Positions 51,119 to 64,000 of a DNA stretch of 64,000 bases are shown piece by piece (within the stretch, counting starts at the first letter, position 1; each line of letters opens with the position of its first letter). Location: contig NIVC01000438.1 of NCBI GenBank assembly GCA_002269645.1, positions 1-64,000 of the forward strand. The letters run 5' to 3'. A program made the translations under genes and the position numbers. The stretch is from Macrostomum lignano (taxonomy: Eukaryota). The notes under the pieces are model-generated. The model had not been told where the DNA came from. It did no database searches and saw only the letters and a program-made list of their open reading frames with translations.

Positions 51119-52240
51119 TGTGATCGGTCAAGCTACTAAATTTTGATTGAATATCTTAAACACTCTATTTTCTTAATACGCTTATTTTACTCGCTATTTT
51201 TATGCCGGGTTACGAAGTACACAGTGAAGGCAGGTCTGCTTAATGACAAAATATTTTGTTACTAACCGGAGGCAAGCAGTGCCCATATAGCTCGTAATAA
51301 AATACATTTTTGCATGATGTTAATTACAACAATCGGCAACTTAAATTTAACAGTCCAGTCTTTATCGAACCAGAGTTTGACCTTTATTGTTCCCTAGCGC
51401 GAGCATTCTCTCGTGATCAACCGCTCGAGCGACGACAAGCGTTGTAAAAGAAACTATAGCGATTTCGAGTTTTCCTAGTTAATCAATTCCCGCGTATCAG
51501 AACCCGGATGTTTAGCAGCCAACATGGAATCATAAGACACTATGATTCCATGTCGGATTTGTCGGATTTCTCAACAGCCTACCGTTCCAGCCTTCTCAGT
51601 GTTCTTCATCGTAAATTTCATAAGCTCAAAAAAATGAAAATTAAACCTATCAGCCCACTCTTGGTGTGAGTAAAATCCCGAAAAGCATGCTTAAGATTTC
51701 TACCAGGTGTCAATATCAAGTCCTGAAAGACCAGGTCGCTTGTTCAGTAGCTCTATCAGGATCTTGACAAACTGACTGGCACTTGACCTGGCTTGAAAGT
51801 CATTCCATACAGCGCAATATCCCAGCTGCTGAACCTGCATCAACTTCCCCAATGCATGGGATGAGATGCATCCCTCCAAAAAGCTCTGACTAGCACAATC
51901 GTTGCTTTGGTGACGGTCCTATACAAAAAAATCCCACAAGGGACTATCACAGAGCTAGTGCGACCTGTTTACCTATTCACATTCTACACCCTGTGTGTTT
52001 TATGCTGAGTTCAAGAGCTGCCACTTTCAAATTTGGCCTACCACGAGTTTGAGATGCAGAAGCAAAGAAAGACGTTAAGCGAAAAAATGATGGCTTGAAG
52101 CTAAAAGCCTCAGCTTTGAGCACACTAAAGTTGTTAGACTTAAGGCCATTGAAGATAAAAATATTAGCTGTTTGCCCATCCTGGAGGAGACATGGATCGA
52201 GCCAATAATCACAAGCGTCGCCCATCACGAGAAAACCTCA

Positions 52241-52268
52241 ACTCTATAAAGCAACCGTTTGCTTCCGC
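52241..52268 (+). promoter_or_regulatory. Conserved TATA-containing element upstream of the lectin genes
   Basis: CTCTATAAAGCAACCGTTTGCTTCCGCT about 65 bp before the ATG; recurs near 55979 and 61565. Confidence 0.55.
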
Positions 52269-52311
52269 TTATGTTGGGCACTGAAACACAGACTAGCTTC
52301 TGCTAGCAAAA

Positions 52312-52600
52312 ATGAAGCTCATTCTTCTGCTGCTGTGCACTATATTAGAAGTTCCGCTTGCCATGACCGTCCACATCCAGTTCATGGCAGTCGAACTGCG
52401 CAGCATCTCGACTCCAGCTGCCATGGAGTCGGCGCCAGGACTCGGCAGGATGAAGTGCGCCGAGCTCTGCTCTGTGAGGCCCGCCTGCTTCGGCTTCAGC
52501 TGGCTGCAGGGTCTGTGCCGGCTCTTTGACTGGCTGGCGTTCAGCAGCACGGATGGCTGGCAGTTCTCGGAGTCATGCGATGTGTACGCCAGGATTGACG
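52312..52600 (+). CDS. PAN/Apple + F-type lectin gene copy 1, exon 1 (signal peptide + PAN/Apple domain)
   Basis: MKLILLLLC signal peptide; CAELC..RPACFGFSW..GLCRL PAN pattern; donor G|GTAAGA at 52601 (phase 1). Confidence 0.85.
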
Positions 52601-52662
52601 GTAAGACGGCATGCACCCAGTATTAAGAAATTTACTAATTTACTTTTACGATTTCATATTGT

Positions 52663-54866
52663 TGATGTAACCGCCCTTGTCGCCTGTCCGCTCCTATTGA
52701 GAGACGAACGCTTGGCTAGAGGGGGCAATGACCGTAGGCTGCCTATGACCGGGCAACGACCTGACGGACCTCCAGCACCAGACTGTCCCGCCCACATGAT
52801 TAGTAGCTTTGGTAGCGCTTCGTGACCAGAGGGCCAAGGACCCACATGGACCCCACCTGTAGCCAAGGTGCATTAGTTGGTCACTCGGTCATGATATGAC
52901 CGAGTGGCTGCCACCACTCTATGTGACCTGGCGCACCTGGATCTTTCTACCAGACCTCTCGAGGCTAGAGCCCCGCCTGGATTGGTTACCAGGGGATTTA
53001 GGCTAACAGGGGAGACACATGCAGCCGAGTACAGGGACTCTGCTTGGGGCATGATCGGGAACTCTGGGCTCAATCCTGGAGGATTTCTCAGCAGGGGATC
53101 CTTTGTGGCTGTGAGCGAGGCTGACTTGCGACTTTGATTACTAAAAGTAGTATGAGTCGAACATATACTGTCTATAGTTTAGATTGCTCAGGGCGAAGGG
53201 ACGCGTTAGCATGGGGTTGCAACCTTCCTACTGCCATTCTGTGCCAAGACTCGCTAATCCATCGACTGCACGCACACGCGGCCCCGCAGCACGCACTCAC
53301 AGGCGGGCGTTGCACGGGGAGAGGCCATTAGCTTACCCAGACTTCCTTATGCTTTGCCACCCCGGGAGAAAGGCTTAGCAAGCCATGAGTTAAATGATGG
53401 TGAAAGATTGAATAATGATGGAGTTAGTTAATAGTTAATAATTAGGCCCTTAGGCGAACAATTAGGCAATTAGGCGGCTTCACTATTGAGTAAAATACAG
53501 CAAGAGATACGGTATCACAATTGGCTCAGCTCTCTAATCAGACAAAGGGAAATAGGCAAACCCCGGATAAGCAAAGGCAATTAGAGCACAAATTAGTAAC
53601 AGGAACTTACCGGCAGCTGCACAGAGAGAGAGAGAGGCGTAGTGACCGGTGGCGGCTGTAGGCTGCAGTCAGGCAGACAGTGAAGCGGCGATGCGCTGGA
53701 GCGACGAGGCGCTGATGTAGATCAGGCGATGCTGATGATGCTGGGCGGGATCAGACCGCTGGCCGATAGGCGAGCTCACTTGGGGAGCTAAGGATAACTT
53801 GGCGGTAACAGACCGCGGACCGGCAGGGATTCGCCTTATAGACGAATAGGTCAGAACTCAGTCTGACAACAAGTCCCGGAAAGGGGGAAACGAAGAAAGT
53901 GTGAGGATTCTCATGCCGAAATCGCTTCCTTTTTTAGAACTCACAGCCGCCTCCTCAAGGTCGTTACCATGGCTCCCTCTCTCTGATTGGCTGCCGGCAA
54001 AATGACGTCAGAATGAGTCATGATGAGAAGCATGAGACCGGCATAGCAACATGAGAAATCGGGAAATTGCGCAATCCGGAGGTGGGGTGGGGGGATAATT
54101 GGCGCAGCGGGGGTCGCGAAAGTGTTGCGCAAGCAAACATTGAGAACAATAGGGCTGGGGTCGAGAACAAAGGAATTGGAAAACGGGGATAATTGGGGAG
54201 AACTAAGAACAATGGAAAAGTAAACATTGGGGAAAAGGTGATAATTAGGTGCGAAAACGAGAACAAAAGAAAGAGAAAATCGGAGAAAATGTGATAATTG
54301 GTGGGGGTCGAGAGAACAAAAGAATCAAAAACGAGAACAATAGAAGCGGAGGTGGGGTGGGTGTCGCATGAGAAATTTGGGAAGGAGAACAATAGCGTGA
54401 GAAAAGGTTGCGCAAGAGAGGGGGATGAGTCATCGATGAGTCATCGGGAGGAAGAAGGGGTCACACGACTTGCGTCACCGTTTGGGAGTTTGGGAGGGGA
54501 TGGGGAGACGGTGAGCACACAAAATACTGTAAGTAGACACAGGGAAAGAGGGGACAGCGCAGGAAAAGAGTGCAGAGGCAGACAAAAAGAGGGGAGATAG
54601 GGAAAGTACAGGAAGAATAGGGCGGAAAACAGAAGAGATAGGGTAGAGGGGGAGGTACAGAAAGAGGTAGGGGGCTCCGGAAAGGCAGGTGTGGCGGCAG
54701 GGGAGACGGGACCAAGGCAGCAGGGGGTGCAGCAGAGCGGGAGTCTCCAGGCCCGGTCGGAGACCTGGCCGAGTCTCGACAGCTCTGCGCAGAGGGTGCA
54801 CGGGATAGGAGGCACTTTCGAAAAAGTTCCCATGCCCTATCCCGCGACCAGAGCGTCGTTACATCA
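52663..54866. mobile_element. 2.2-kb insertion with TG...CA ends and a 4-bp TSD, probably a solo LTR
   Basis: TTGT|TGATGTAAC ... GTTACATCA|TTGT; absent from paralogous introns, which are about 140 bp. Confidence 0.75.
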
Positions 54867-54937
54867 TTGTGCAATATTGCTTCAGCTTCAGATGGAAAGC
54901 TTGTGGAACAGGTACTTTGACCGCAAATAATTTCCAG

Positions 54938-55338
54938 ACTCGCAGCCGCCTACTCAGCTAAAACTCGAAAGCTGCTCGCAGAGTTCAACGTACGGGTCGA
55001 ACGTTTGCGGACGAGCAATTGACGGAAACCGGAACCAAAAATACGGTGCAGGCTCCTGCGCTCACACCGGAATAAAGCCGTTCGAATGGTGGGAGGGGCA
55101 GCTGGCCGCTCCATCGCTTGTCTCTTACGTCACCATCTACAACAGGCAGGACTGCTGCGCTGAGCGACTCAACAAATTCTCGCTGCAGGTGGACGGCGTC
55201 GAGTGCAACCGAGTGAGCCTGACGGTGCCGTTCTCCGTGGCCAACTTCAGCTGCAACGCCTTCGGCAGCCGAGTTCGGGTGACAAACCTGCTCAGCGAGT
55301 ACCTTACCATTTGCGAGATCGAGGCTTACAGGCTGTAG
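54938..55338 (+). CDS. PAN/Apple + F-type lectin gene copy 1, exon 2 (F-type lectin/fucolectin domain)
   Basis: Acceptor TTTCCAG| at 54937; SQSST...RAIDGN...CAHT..WW..NRQDCCAERL...ICEIEAY; exact HX26RXDX4R motif; TAG at 55336-55338. Confidence 0.9.
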
Positions 55339-56045
55339 CTGAGCTGGTGGTTGCGAGTGGCCTCGGCAACCTCGACTGCAACTGCAGAATGGAACTGAAA
55401 GCAGTGAATTTGAGAAACTGAACTGCTGCAATGAAAACCGGAGCAATCAATAAAACTTTCAGTCTTCTGTAGGAACCTTCAAGCATTCGAAAATGAATAT
55501 GTCTTGCGGCTTGGAAGTTTCGATTTTTGTTGCTTTACGTATGGGACCTCAGAAAGCAGTTGGCTAGTCATGACTTATTTTAGATGAAAAAAGCACAGAC
55601 AATTTATAAATAGTTGGAAGTCCTTAGTCCCAAGGTTCTGTGTGAACATAGCGACAACAAGCCTACACACGGCTGTCACAGTTAATATTTGACAGTTAAA
55701 ATCTTGCTAGGTTTTGCCTAAAAGCTGAGACATCGAAATTGTGTACACATTTGATGTTTCCAGCATCAAGATATTTTTCGCGCGGCTTGTTTACACAGCA
55801 AAACAGCCCGCCAATCACACTCACTAGCTTTGTATCTTCCTTCATTGTTGATGAGAAAACTAACGGCTATGCTTCCACAGGCAAAGTCGAAATGAAGCAA
55901 GCGGTTTCTCCAGTCTGGAAAAGCGAAATATAGTGTCAATAATCAATAAAGTTGTCGCTCCTTGCGGAAAAGTCTAAGCTCTATAAATCAACCGTTTGCT
56001 TCCGCTGAAACACTGACAAGCTGGCACTAGCTTCTGCTAGCTAAG

Positions 56046-56852
56046 ATGAAGCTAATTCTGCTGGTTTTGCTTTGCTCTGCGTTGGAATTTTAATTGGCCA
56101 TGAGCGTTCAACTCCAATTCAAGGTGGTCAAACTGCGCAGCACCTCGACTCCAGTTGCCATGGCGACCCTGCCTGGCAGAGATTCAATGAACTGCGCCAC
56201 GCTGGGTGCTTTGAGGCCCGCCAGCTTCGGCTTCAGCTGGCTGCAGGGTCTGTGCCGGCTCTTTGACTGGCTGGCGTTCAGCAGCACGGATGGCTGGCAG
56301 GCCTCGGAGTCATGCGATGTGTACGCCAGGATTGTCGGTAAGAGGTCATGCACCAGTATTAGGAACTTGACTAATTCACTCGGTGTAAATTATTTATGAG
56401 CATTAATAATCCTATAGTTTAGTGACAAGCTCCTGGTGCAATTAGTAGTACTTTGGCCGCAAATAATTTCCAGACTCAGCCCTAAACTCAGCTAAAATTC
56501 GAAAGCAGCAAGCAGAGCTCAACGATCGTCTCGTGCGTTTGCGGACGAGCAATTGACGGAAACAGGAACCAAGATTACATGCACTTGTCCTGAACCCATA
56601 CCGAAAACAACCCGTTCGAATGGTGGGAGGGGCAGCTGGCAGCTCCATCGCTTGTCTCTTTCATCACTGCTGCGCTGAACTACTCAACAAATTCTCGCTG
56701 CAGGTGGACGGCGTCGAGTGCAACCGAGTGAGCCGGACAAAGTCGTTCTTCGTGGCCAACTTCAGCTGCAACGCCTTCGGCAGCCGAGTTCGATTCAGCG
56801 TGCTCAGCCAGTACCTGGTCATTTGCGAGATCGAGGCTTACAGGCTTAGCTG
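56046..56852 (+). pseudogene. PAN/F-type lectin copy 2, pseudogene
   Basis: TAA at 56091 in the signal peptide; frameshift at the start of exon 2 (56474); deletion removing NRQD. Confidence 0.85.
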
Positions 56853-57334
56853 AGGTGGTGGCGAATCGCCATGGCAACCTCGAGTGCATCTGCACAATGG
56901 AACTGCACAAATGTCATCTGAAAAACTGAATGGCTGTGATGTAAACCAGAGCAACCAATAAACTTGAAATATTTTTTTAGATCCCTTCAAGCATTCAAAA
57001 AATGAGTTATGCTTTGCGATTAGAATGTATTGATTTCTGTTGCTTTGGGTGTGAGACCTCAGAAAGCTTTTGGCTAGCCATGACTCGGTTTTTAATTGAA
57101 CAGCACTGATATTTATTTATTACTTGGAAGTTCTTAATCCTCAGGCTGTGTGGATGATTACAATTTCATCCATAAAGCACAGCTGCTGATGGAGAAGAGC
57201 CACCGCTCCACTCCAGTGAATCGAGTTACTTCTCATCGGAGAGTTCCAGAGATGTCATCTCGAGTAAGTCAAATGATCATTATATTTTCATTCTACGCTT
57301 TCGACAAAAACATGAGCTAAATTTGAAGGCCAAA

Positions 57335-57418
57335 TCCAAATGGTATGGTGGGAGGGGCAGCTGGCCGCTCCATCGCTTGTATCTTTTGTCTTCATCTACA
57401 ACAGGCAGGACTGCATGA
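57335..57418 (+). pseudogene. F-type lectin exon-2 fragment
   Basis: TGGTGGGAGGGGCAGCTGGCCGCTCCATCGCTTG...AACAGGCAGGACTGC with unrelated flanks. Confidence 0.7.
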
Positions 57419-58334
57419 TTTTCATTCGAGTGCAGAGGATTAAATATATTGAAATTAGAAAATTGAAGCAACATAGATGACAGTTTGAGAATCCCTATTG
57501 ACTCGTGCATAAGTTTCTACCAGTATATAAACCAAAAGACACTACTTCTTAACCAGCCCACTTGAGCAAGCAGTGGCCCAGTTCGTTCATAAACAGTTTC
57601 TTATACAGATAAACTGACACAGAAATGACTGATAAAATTTGGATTTTCCCATTGAATTCTTAAACTAATTTAGAGCCTCCGGGAACGCCATCGCACAACC
57701 CCTCCAGTTAAAGGTGGGCTCACCAATCATGCTAACCTCCTCCCCCCCCAATCGGCTGGCAAAGCATGTGGCGCCTCCATTCCAGCAGGCTTGCCCCCCC
57801 CCTGAGACGTGTCCCTCAATCAGAAATATTGCCTATTTGCCCCTGATGCTACTGTGCAGTTTCAATGCCCCCCTCAAAGTTATTTACTGGCGCCAGGCTA
57901 ATTGTCGTCCCCGAATTCCCACGGGGCTATCACAGAGTCATGACTGAATTTCTGTTCGCTACCTTGTTTACTTTCTCCTGCCTAAGAATTTGATGCTGAG
58001 TGCTAGAGCTGCTAATTTGAATTCAGCCTATCACGAATTTGAGATGCATTGCCGAAAAAAGAAATGAAACGACAATTTGATGCTTGGAAGCAAAAAGCCT
58101 CAACTTTCAGCAAGCGGAATTTTTAGACATCTTGGAATAAAGCACGAGTTTCAGTCCAGGTGTGTAGCCAAGACTCAAGGCCATTGAAGATAAAAGGGAA
58201 GATTTTGCAAGTTCCATAATATAAGAGGAAAGAGAAAAGTAGCCTGTTCCTTACAAACTAAAGCTTTTCAACTTGGAAATGGGCCAAGAACGCCTACTTT
58301 TACTGCTAATTCTCTTTGCGATCGCAGTTTCTGT

Positions 58335-59095
58335 TGTCATGGCGACGCCGATGGTGTACTCGGCAGTTCGAATGCACAGCATCTCGACTCCAGCTGCCAT
58401 GGAGTCGGCGCCAGGACTCGGCAGGATGAAGTGAGGCCCGCCTGCTTCGGCTTCAGCTGGCTGCAGGGTCTGTGCCGACTCTTTGACTGGCTGGCGTTCA
58501 GCAGCACGGATGGCTGGCAGGTCTCGGAGTCATGCGATGTGTACACCAGGATGGTCGGTAAGACGGCATACACCTTGTGTTGAGAATTTGACTAATTCAC
58601 TCTGTGCGAATTCATGGTGTGCATTATTCATATTGCTTAACTTTTTAAAGGTGGCAGTCGTGGAACAGGTATTTTGACCGCAAATAATTTCCAGACCAGC
58701 AGCCGCCAACTCAGCTAAAACTCGAAAGCTGCTCGTAGAGCTCAACGTCTTGGTTGGGCGTTTGTGAACGAGCAATTGACAGAAACAGGAACCAAAACTA
58801 CCGTGCAGGCTCCTGCGCCCACACCAGAAAAAATCTGTTCGAATGGTGGGAGGGGCAGCTGGCCGCTCCATCGCTTGTCTCTTACGTCACCATCTACAAC
58901 AGGCAGGACTGCTGCGCTGAGCGGCTCAACAAATTCTCGCTGCAGGTGGACGGCGTCGAGTGCAACCGAGTGAGCCTGACGGTGCCGTTCTCCGTAGCCA
59001 ACTTCAGCTGCAACGCCTTCGGCAGCCGAGTTCGGGTGACAAACCTGCTCAACGAGTACCTGGGCATCTGCGAGATCGAGGCTTACAGGCTGTAG
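58335..59095 (+). pseudogene. PAN/F-type lectin copy 3, pseudogene
   Basis: Degenerate 5' end; 19-bp deletion in exon 1 gives ATG AAG TGA; CAG>TAG stop early in exon 2 (exon starts 58695). Confidence 0.85.
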
Positions 59096-59454
59096 CTGAG
59101 CTGGTGGTTGCGAGTGGCCTCGGAAACCTCGACTGCAACTGCAGAATGGAACTGCGGGCAGTGAATTTGAGAAACTGAACTGCTGCAATGAAAACCGGAG
59201 CAATCAATAAAACTTTAAGTCTTTTGTGACTGAAGGAACCTTTAAGCATTCGAAAATGGATATGTCTTGCGGCTTGGAAGTTTCGATTTTTGTTGTTTTA
59301 CGTATGGGACCTCAGAAAGCAATCATGAATCAGTGTAGATGATTGCGATTTCATTCAGAATGCTGATTAATCGGGTTGCTTCTCTGAGTCAGGATGTTTT
59401 TTGAGATGTCATCTTGATTAAGTAATAAAGTAGTTTTTTATTCTACCCTATTGA

Positions 59455-59700
59455 CACAAACAGGAACCGAATCCAAAAATTAAGTCGAAATCGAATTGTG
59501 GGAGGTGCAGATCCATCGCTTGTCTCTTACAACAGGCTGGACAGCAGACTGGCCGACTCAACGAGTTCTCCCTGCAGGTGGACGGCGTCGAGTGCAACCG
59601 AGTGAACATGACAGAGTCGTTAATCGTGGCCAACTTCAGATGCAACGCGTTCGGCAGCCGAGTTCGAACTGTTACCTTCGTAAACTTCCCGTAACAATTT
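59455..59700 (+). pseudogene. Degenerate F-type lectin exon-2 fragment (copy 4)
   Basis: GTGGACGGCGTCGAGTGCAACCGAGTG and flanks are recognisable, with multiple indels. Confidence 0.75.
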
Positions 59701-60102
59701 GCCAGCTTGAGGCCTACCTAACCAATGCAAGGGATAAAATACATTCAAAGTTAGAAAATAATACCAACGTAGATTCCCGTTTGACTCAAAATAATGACCG
59801 GAGGTTCTACCGGGATAAGAAACCAAAAGATCAGAGGCTCAACGACAGTGTAAAAGGTTTGGTCCTTCGGTTTGGCCATCTTTGTTGGCAACTTTCAGGC
59901 AGTCGCCGCCATAGGTGCCTTCCCCAGCCCACTTGAGGGAGAAGTGGCCGAGTTCGTTCGTTATTCGTATAAATTGACCCAACAATGACTGATGAAAATG
60001 CCGTGAACTTTCTTATTGAGTTCGTTAACTTTAACGCCATCGCACAACCTCCGGTTAAAGGTGGTTGCACCAATTATGGTACTCGGGGCGTAGCCGGGGG
60101 GG

Positions 60103-60360
60103 TGCATGATCGAGTCAACAATCAAAGCATGATCAAAGCATGATCAAAGCATGATCGAGTCAACAATCAAAGCATGATCAAAGCATGATCGAGTCAACAA
60201 TCAAAGCATGATCAAAGCATGATCGAGTCAACAATCAAAGCATGATCAAAGCATGATCAAAGCATGATCGAGTCAACAATCAAAGCATGATCAAAGCATG
60301 ATCAAAGCATGATCGAGTCAACAATCAAAGCATGATCAAAGCATGATAGAGTCAACAATC
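60103..60360. repeat. Composite tandem repeat of TCAAAGCATGA (11 bp) and TCGAGTCAACAA (12 bp)
   Basis: Directly visible. Confidence 0.9.
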
Positions 60361-61697
60361 GTGACAGGATCTGGCAAAAGGCAAGCTGTGTTTATTCCGA
60401 GAATTTATATTTTTCCATCGGACCAGCCTTTTAACTTCAAGCTGGTACACTTCTCAGTGAAGTCTTGCTGGTCAATAATTGATATTGGTCAATAATAAGA
60501 AAGCTGGTATGAAGAAAAAAGTGATAATTCTACTGTTTTACTACTAAGTAATATTATCACTCCTCACATATGTTATCGGTTAATGTTGGTGATGTCTTGC
60601 ATGCTTTATAGTCTGCTTATGGTTTCTCTAGAATACTTAAACAGTATGCTTACTTTTCTCATTTTAGATGAAATTGCTATCCATTATTTATTACTTTTCT
60701 TTAAGGCAACAAATTAATCCCAATTCACTGCATAAACAAACTATTCTGTTAGATTGCTCTCCCGATACTAGCTACTGCCAGTAGTGTTTTGTCAGATTCT
60801 ATTCTTCATATACGAGCGAATTCACTCGAAGTTTTTGTTTGAGTATGGACTTCAGATTCAATAATGTATGCAAAAATATTTGCAGTAATTTGAATTCAGT
60901 AGGTTTAAAATCCGCGGGTTTCAACAGCTTTCAGTAATAAAATACGTGACAGTAACCACGATTTCCCTACACTGGATTGACGGATTGGGCTGAGACTTGA
61001 CCCGCTTAACCCTTGCTCTGATGGTACTTTTTACCTCACAATCTTGGTACTTGCCTAAAAAATCATGAAGCTACAGCGGTTTTCCTAAATCAGCGATGTT
61101 TGAGCACAATTCTATCAATCTGGCTTTGACAGCTGTTAGTCACTGCTCAATATGATAACGCACATGATTCATGATGACTCACTGCACTGTGCCTGATGTA
61201 CAGTTTAGCCAGAGTTCTAGATGTACTTTCCAGGGTGTATTCCCACAGGCCCTCACAACAAAGCCCCTGTGTTTTATTCTGAGCTCAACAGCTGCCAATT
61301 TGAAATTTTGCCCTACCACTATTTTCAGATGATGAACCTAAAAAGAAGTAAGCGAAAAAGCAAATGATGGCTCAAAGCTAAAAGCCTTAACTTTGAGCAC
61401 AAGGATTTTTTTGGTGTTCATTTAGAAACAGAGCTTGAGTTTTCAGTTCAGGTGTGTATTCGAGACTTAAGACCATTGAAGATAAAAAAAGCTGTTTGCC
61501 CAGTCTGAAAGAGACATGGATCGAGCCAATAATCACAAGCGTCGCCCATCACGAGAAAACCTCAACTCTATAAAGCAACCGTTTGCTTCCGCTAATGTTG
61601 GACATTGAAACACTTAAGAATTGTCAGAAATATGTGCCCGTAAAATTTCTCAAACAGATCGCGCAAAAGCCAGAGAAACATACAAATTTGACACAAA

Positions 61698-62612
61698 ATT
61701 AAGTTAATTCTGCTGCTTCTATTGTTGTGCTCTACATTGGAACTTACGGTTGCCATGAACGTCCACGTCCAATTCATTGTGGTCAAACTGCGCAGCACCT
61801 CGACTCCAGTTGCCATGGAGACTCTGCCTGGCAGAGATTCAATGAATTGTGCCACGCGCTGCGCTTTGAGACCCACCTGCTTCGGCTTCAGCTGGCTGCA
61901 GGGTCTGTGCCGACTCTTTGACTGGCTGGCATTCAGCAGCACGGATGGCTGGCAAGTCTCGGAGTCATGCGATGTGTACACCAGGATTGTCGGTAACATT
62001 GTCGATTGTCGGTAACATTAGGAATTTTACTAGTTCACTTTTAAGAATTAATACTGTGTGCAATATTGCTTAAGTTTTATATAGAAAGCTCGTGTTACGA
62101 GTACTTTGCCCACAAATATACTTTCCTGATTTCCAGAACCGCAGCCGACAACTCAGCTGAAGCTCGAAAGCTGCTCGCAGAGCTCAACGTCTTGGTTGGG
62201 CGTTTGTGAACGAGCAATTGACGGAAACAGAAACCAAGACTACTATGGAGGCTCCTGCGCCCACACCAGAAAAAATCTGTTCGAATGGTGGGAGGGGCAG
62301 CTGGCCGCTCCATCGCTTGTCTCTTACGTCACCATCTACAACAGGCAGGACTGCTGCGCTGAGCGACTCAACAAATTCTCGCTGCAGGTGGACGGCGTCG
62401 AGTGCAACCGATTGAGCCTGACGGTGCCGTTCTCCGTGGCCAACTTCAGCTGCAACGCCTTCGGCAGCCGAGTTCGAGTCAGCGTGCTCAGCCAGTACCT
62501 GAGTACCTGGGCATTTGCGAGATTGAGGCTTACACGCTTAGCTGGGGCGGTGGCGAATAGCCGCGTCGACCTCGAGTGCATCTGCACAATGGAACTTCGA
62601 GCAGTCATCTGA
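61698..62612 (+). pseudogene. PAN/F-type lectin copy 5, probable recent pseudogene
   Basis: Start ATG>ATT at 61698 with an in-frame TGA at 61689; exon 1 ends 61992; exon 2 starts 62137; an 8-bp duplication (AGTACCTG x2) shifts the C-terminal frame. Confidence 0.75.
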
Positions 62613-63204
62613 AAAACTGAAAGGCTGTGACGGAAACCAGAGCAACCAATAAAACTTGAAGTCCTTTGTAGATCCCTTGAAGCATTCAAAAATGAATGAT
62701 GTCTTGCGATTTGAAAGCATTGATTTCTGTTGCTTTGGGTGTGAGACCTCAGAAAGCTGTTGGCTAGCCATGACTCGGTTTTTAATTGAGCAGATTGAAC
62801 AACCTCGAATGCAACTGCCGAATGGAAACCGGAGCAATCAATAAAACTTTCAGCTCGCTGCAGGAACCTTCAAGCGTTCAAAAATGCATATGCGAATTGC
62901 AGCTTGGAATTTTCGATTTTTGTTGCTTTACGTATGGGACCTCAGAAAGCAGTTAGTCATAACTCAGTTTCAATGGAAAAAAGCACAGACAATTTATAAG
63001 TAGTTGGAAGTCCTTAGTCCCAAGGTTCCGTGTGGATGGTTTCAATTTCATCCAATAAGCTGATGGAGGAGAGCCACTGCAGTGAATTGGATTGCCTCTC
63101 TGAGTCAGGAGATGTCATCTCGAATAAGTTATAATGTAATTTATTTATTTTACCCCATCGATACAAAACAGAAGCCAAGTAAGTCTAAGAGAAAAATTCA
63201 AATC

Positions 63205-63260
63205 GAATTGCGTGAGGGGAAGCTGGCCGCTCCATCGTTTTTCACTTACGTCACCGCGTT
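63205..63260 (+). pseudogene. Short F-type lectin exon-2 remnant
   Basis: GAGGGAAGCTGGCCGCTCCATCG...TTACGTCACC. Confidence 0.55.
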
Positions 63261-64000
63261 ACGCTACGTTAAACAGTACAATTGCGAGTACTTTTAAAAA
63301 GTCTTCATTGCTTTGATTAAAAAGACTACAGAGTCTGATCTCCTCACTTGAAAAATTTATTCAGCTACCGCTTACACACTACTGTCCTGATCGAGCTACT
63401 GCAAGTTTTTAAGTAGTCTCATATTCTATTCTTCAAGATATTCTGCAAGAGCAATGAGCATTTGCTCAGGAGTTCTTGTTACTGAGTTGTTGCCCAATAT
63501 TTTCATTTTCATAAAATTCTCAAAGTTTGAGAACCCCCTCAGTTGCACTGGTGTAGCAGTCTATTGTTTATTAATTGTTTATTTTTTATTTGTACCAGTG
63601 CAAATAAATCGCAACTGATGGATACATGGTATATATTCCCCACTTATACCAGTTGCAAAGCATTTGCTCAAGAAAAAGCGAGGCTGCTTTAAAACTGACT
63701 CCGCTGGTAAGCTCTCTTATAAAAATTTCTTGCTTTTTCTTTTTCTCTTTTTCTTTCTGTTTCCCTTCTCGCAAGCCAGTGTCTTAGTTATGTAAGCTTC
63801 AGATGCACACAAAGGTCAATCGAATCAACTGGGAAGACGTCTTGTTTACTGTATGGTTTAAAGTGGCTGAGAATTTTGCTCTGGTCCACAGAGGAAACTC
63901 TCAGAGCTTAAGGATTTTCTTTATTCATATCCTCTTTGAGCATTTGCTCGCACTTCAAGATTATTGTTCCCTTTTGTCTATGGTTTCCGGCATTCATACT

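Noticed and set aside
54018-54930. Several 60-137 aa ORFs in the AG-rich part of the intronic insertion
   Set aside because: Compositional artefacts with no gag/pol motifs.
60600-60830. Possible hAT dimerisation-domain remnant (IALPILATASS)
   Set aside because: Stops and low similarity; cannot be supported by eye.

Overview
Eukaryotic (animal) genomic DNA with spliceosomal GT-AG introns and very dense minisatellites. TTAGGG tracts, the repeat load and the gene content would fit a flatworm such as Macrostomum, but that is inference only. Genes: (1) a 4-exon peroxisomal acyl-CoA thioesterase (ACOT8/TesB-like, ends in SKL) at 2190-15903 (+), with (2) an intronless class A GPCR nested antisense in its intron 2; (3) an uncharacterised 5-exon gene at about 16744-51118 (+) whose first intron is 29.9 kb; (4) a tandem array of signal peptide + PAN/Apple + F-type lectin genes at 52-63 kb, with one intact copy and the rest disrupted. 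The main structure is a 26.7-kb block (16993-43722) of six non-autonomous Helitron-like elements (5' TC, 3' GC hairpin + CTAG). They lie head-to-tail in two opposed orientations and sit exactly at an A|T site in the first unit of a 42-bp satellite. Each carries a tRNA-like Pol III module followed by a minisatellite that differs between subfamilies; four also carry telomere-like TTAGGG tracts. A symmetric exon of gene 3 is flanked by inverted copies of a 20-bp minisatellite. Most ORFs in the supplied track are artefacts of tandem repeats. All calls were made by eye, without database searches.
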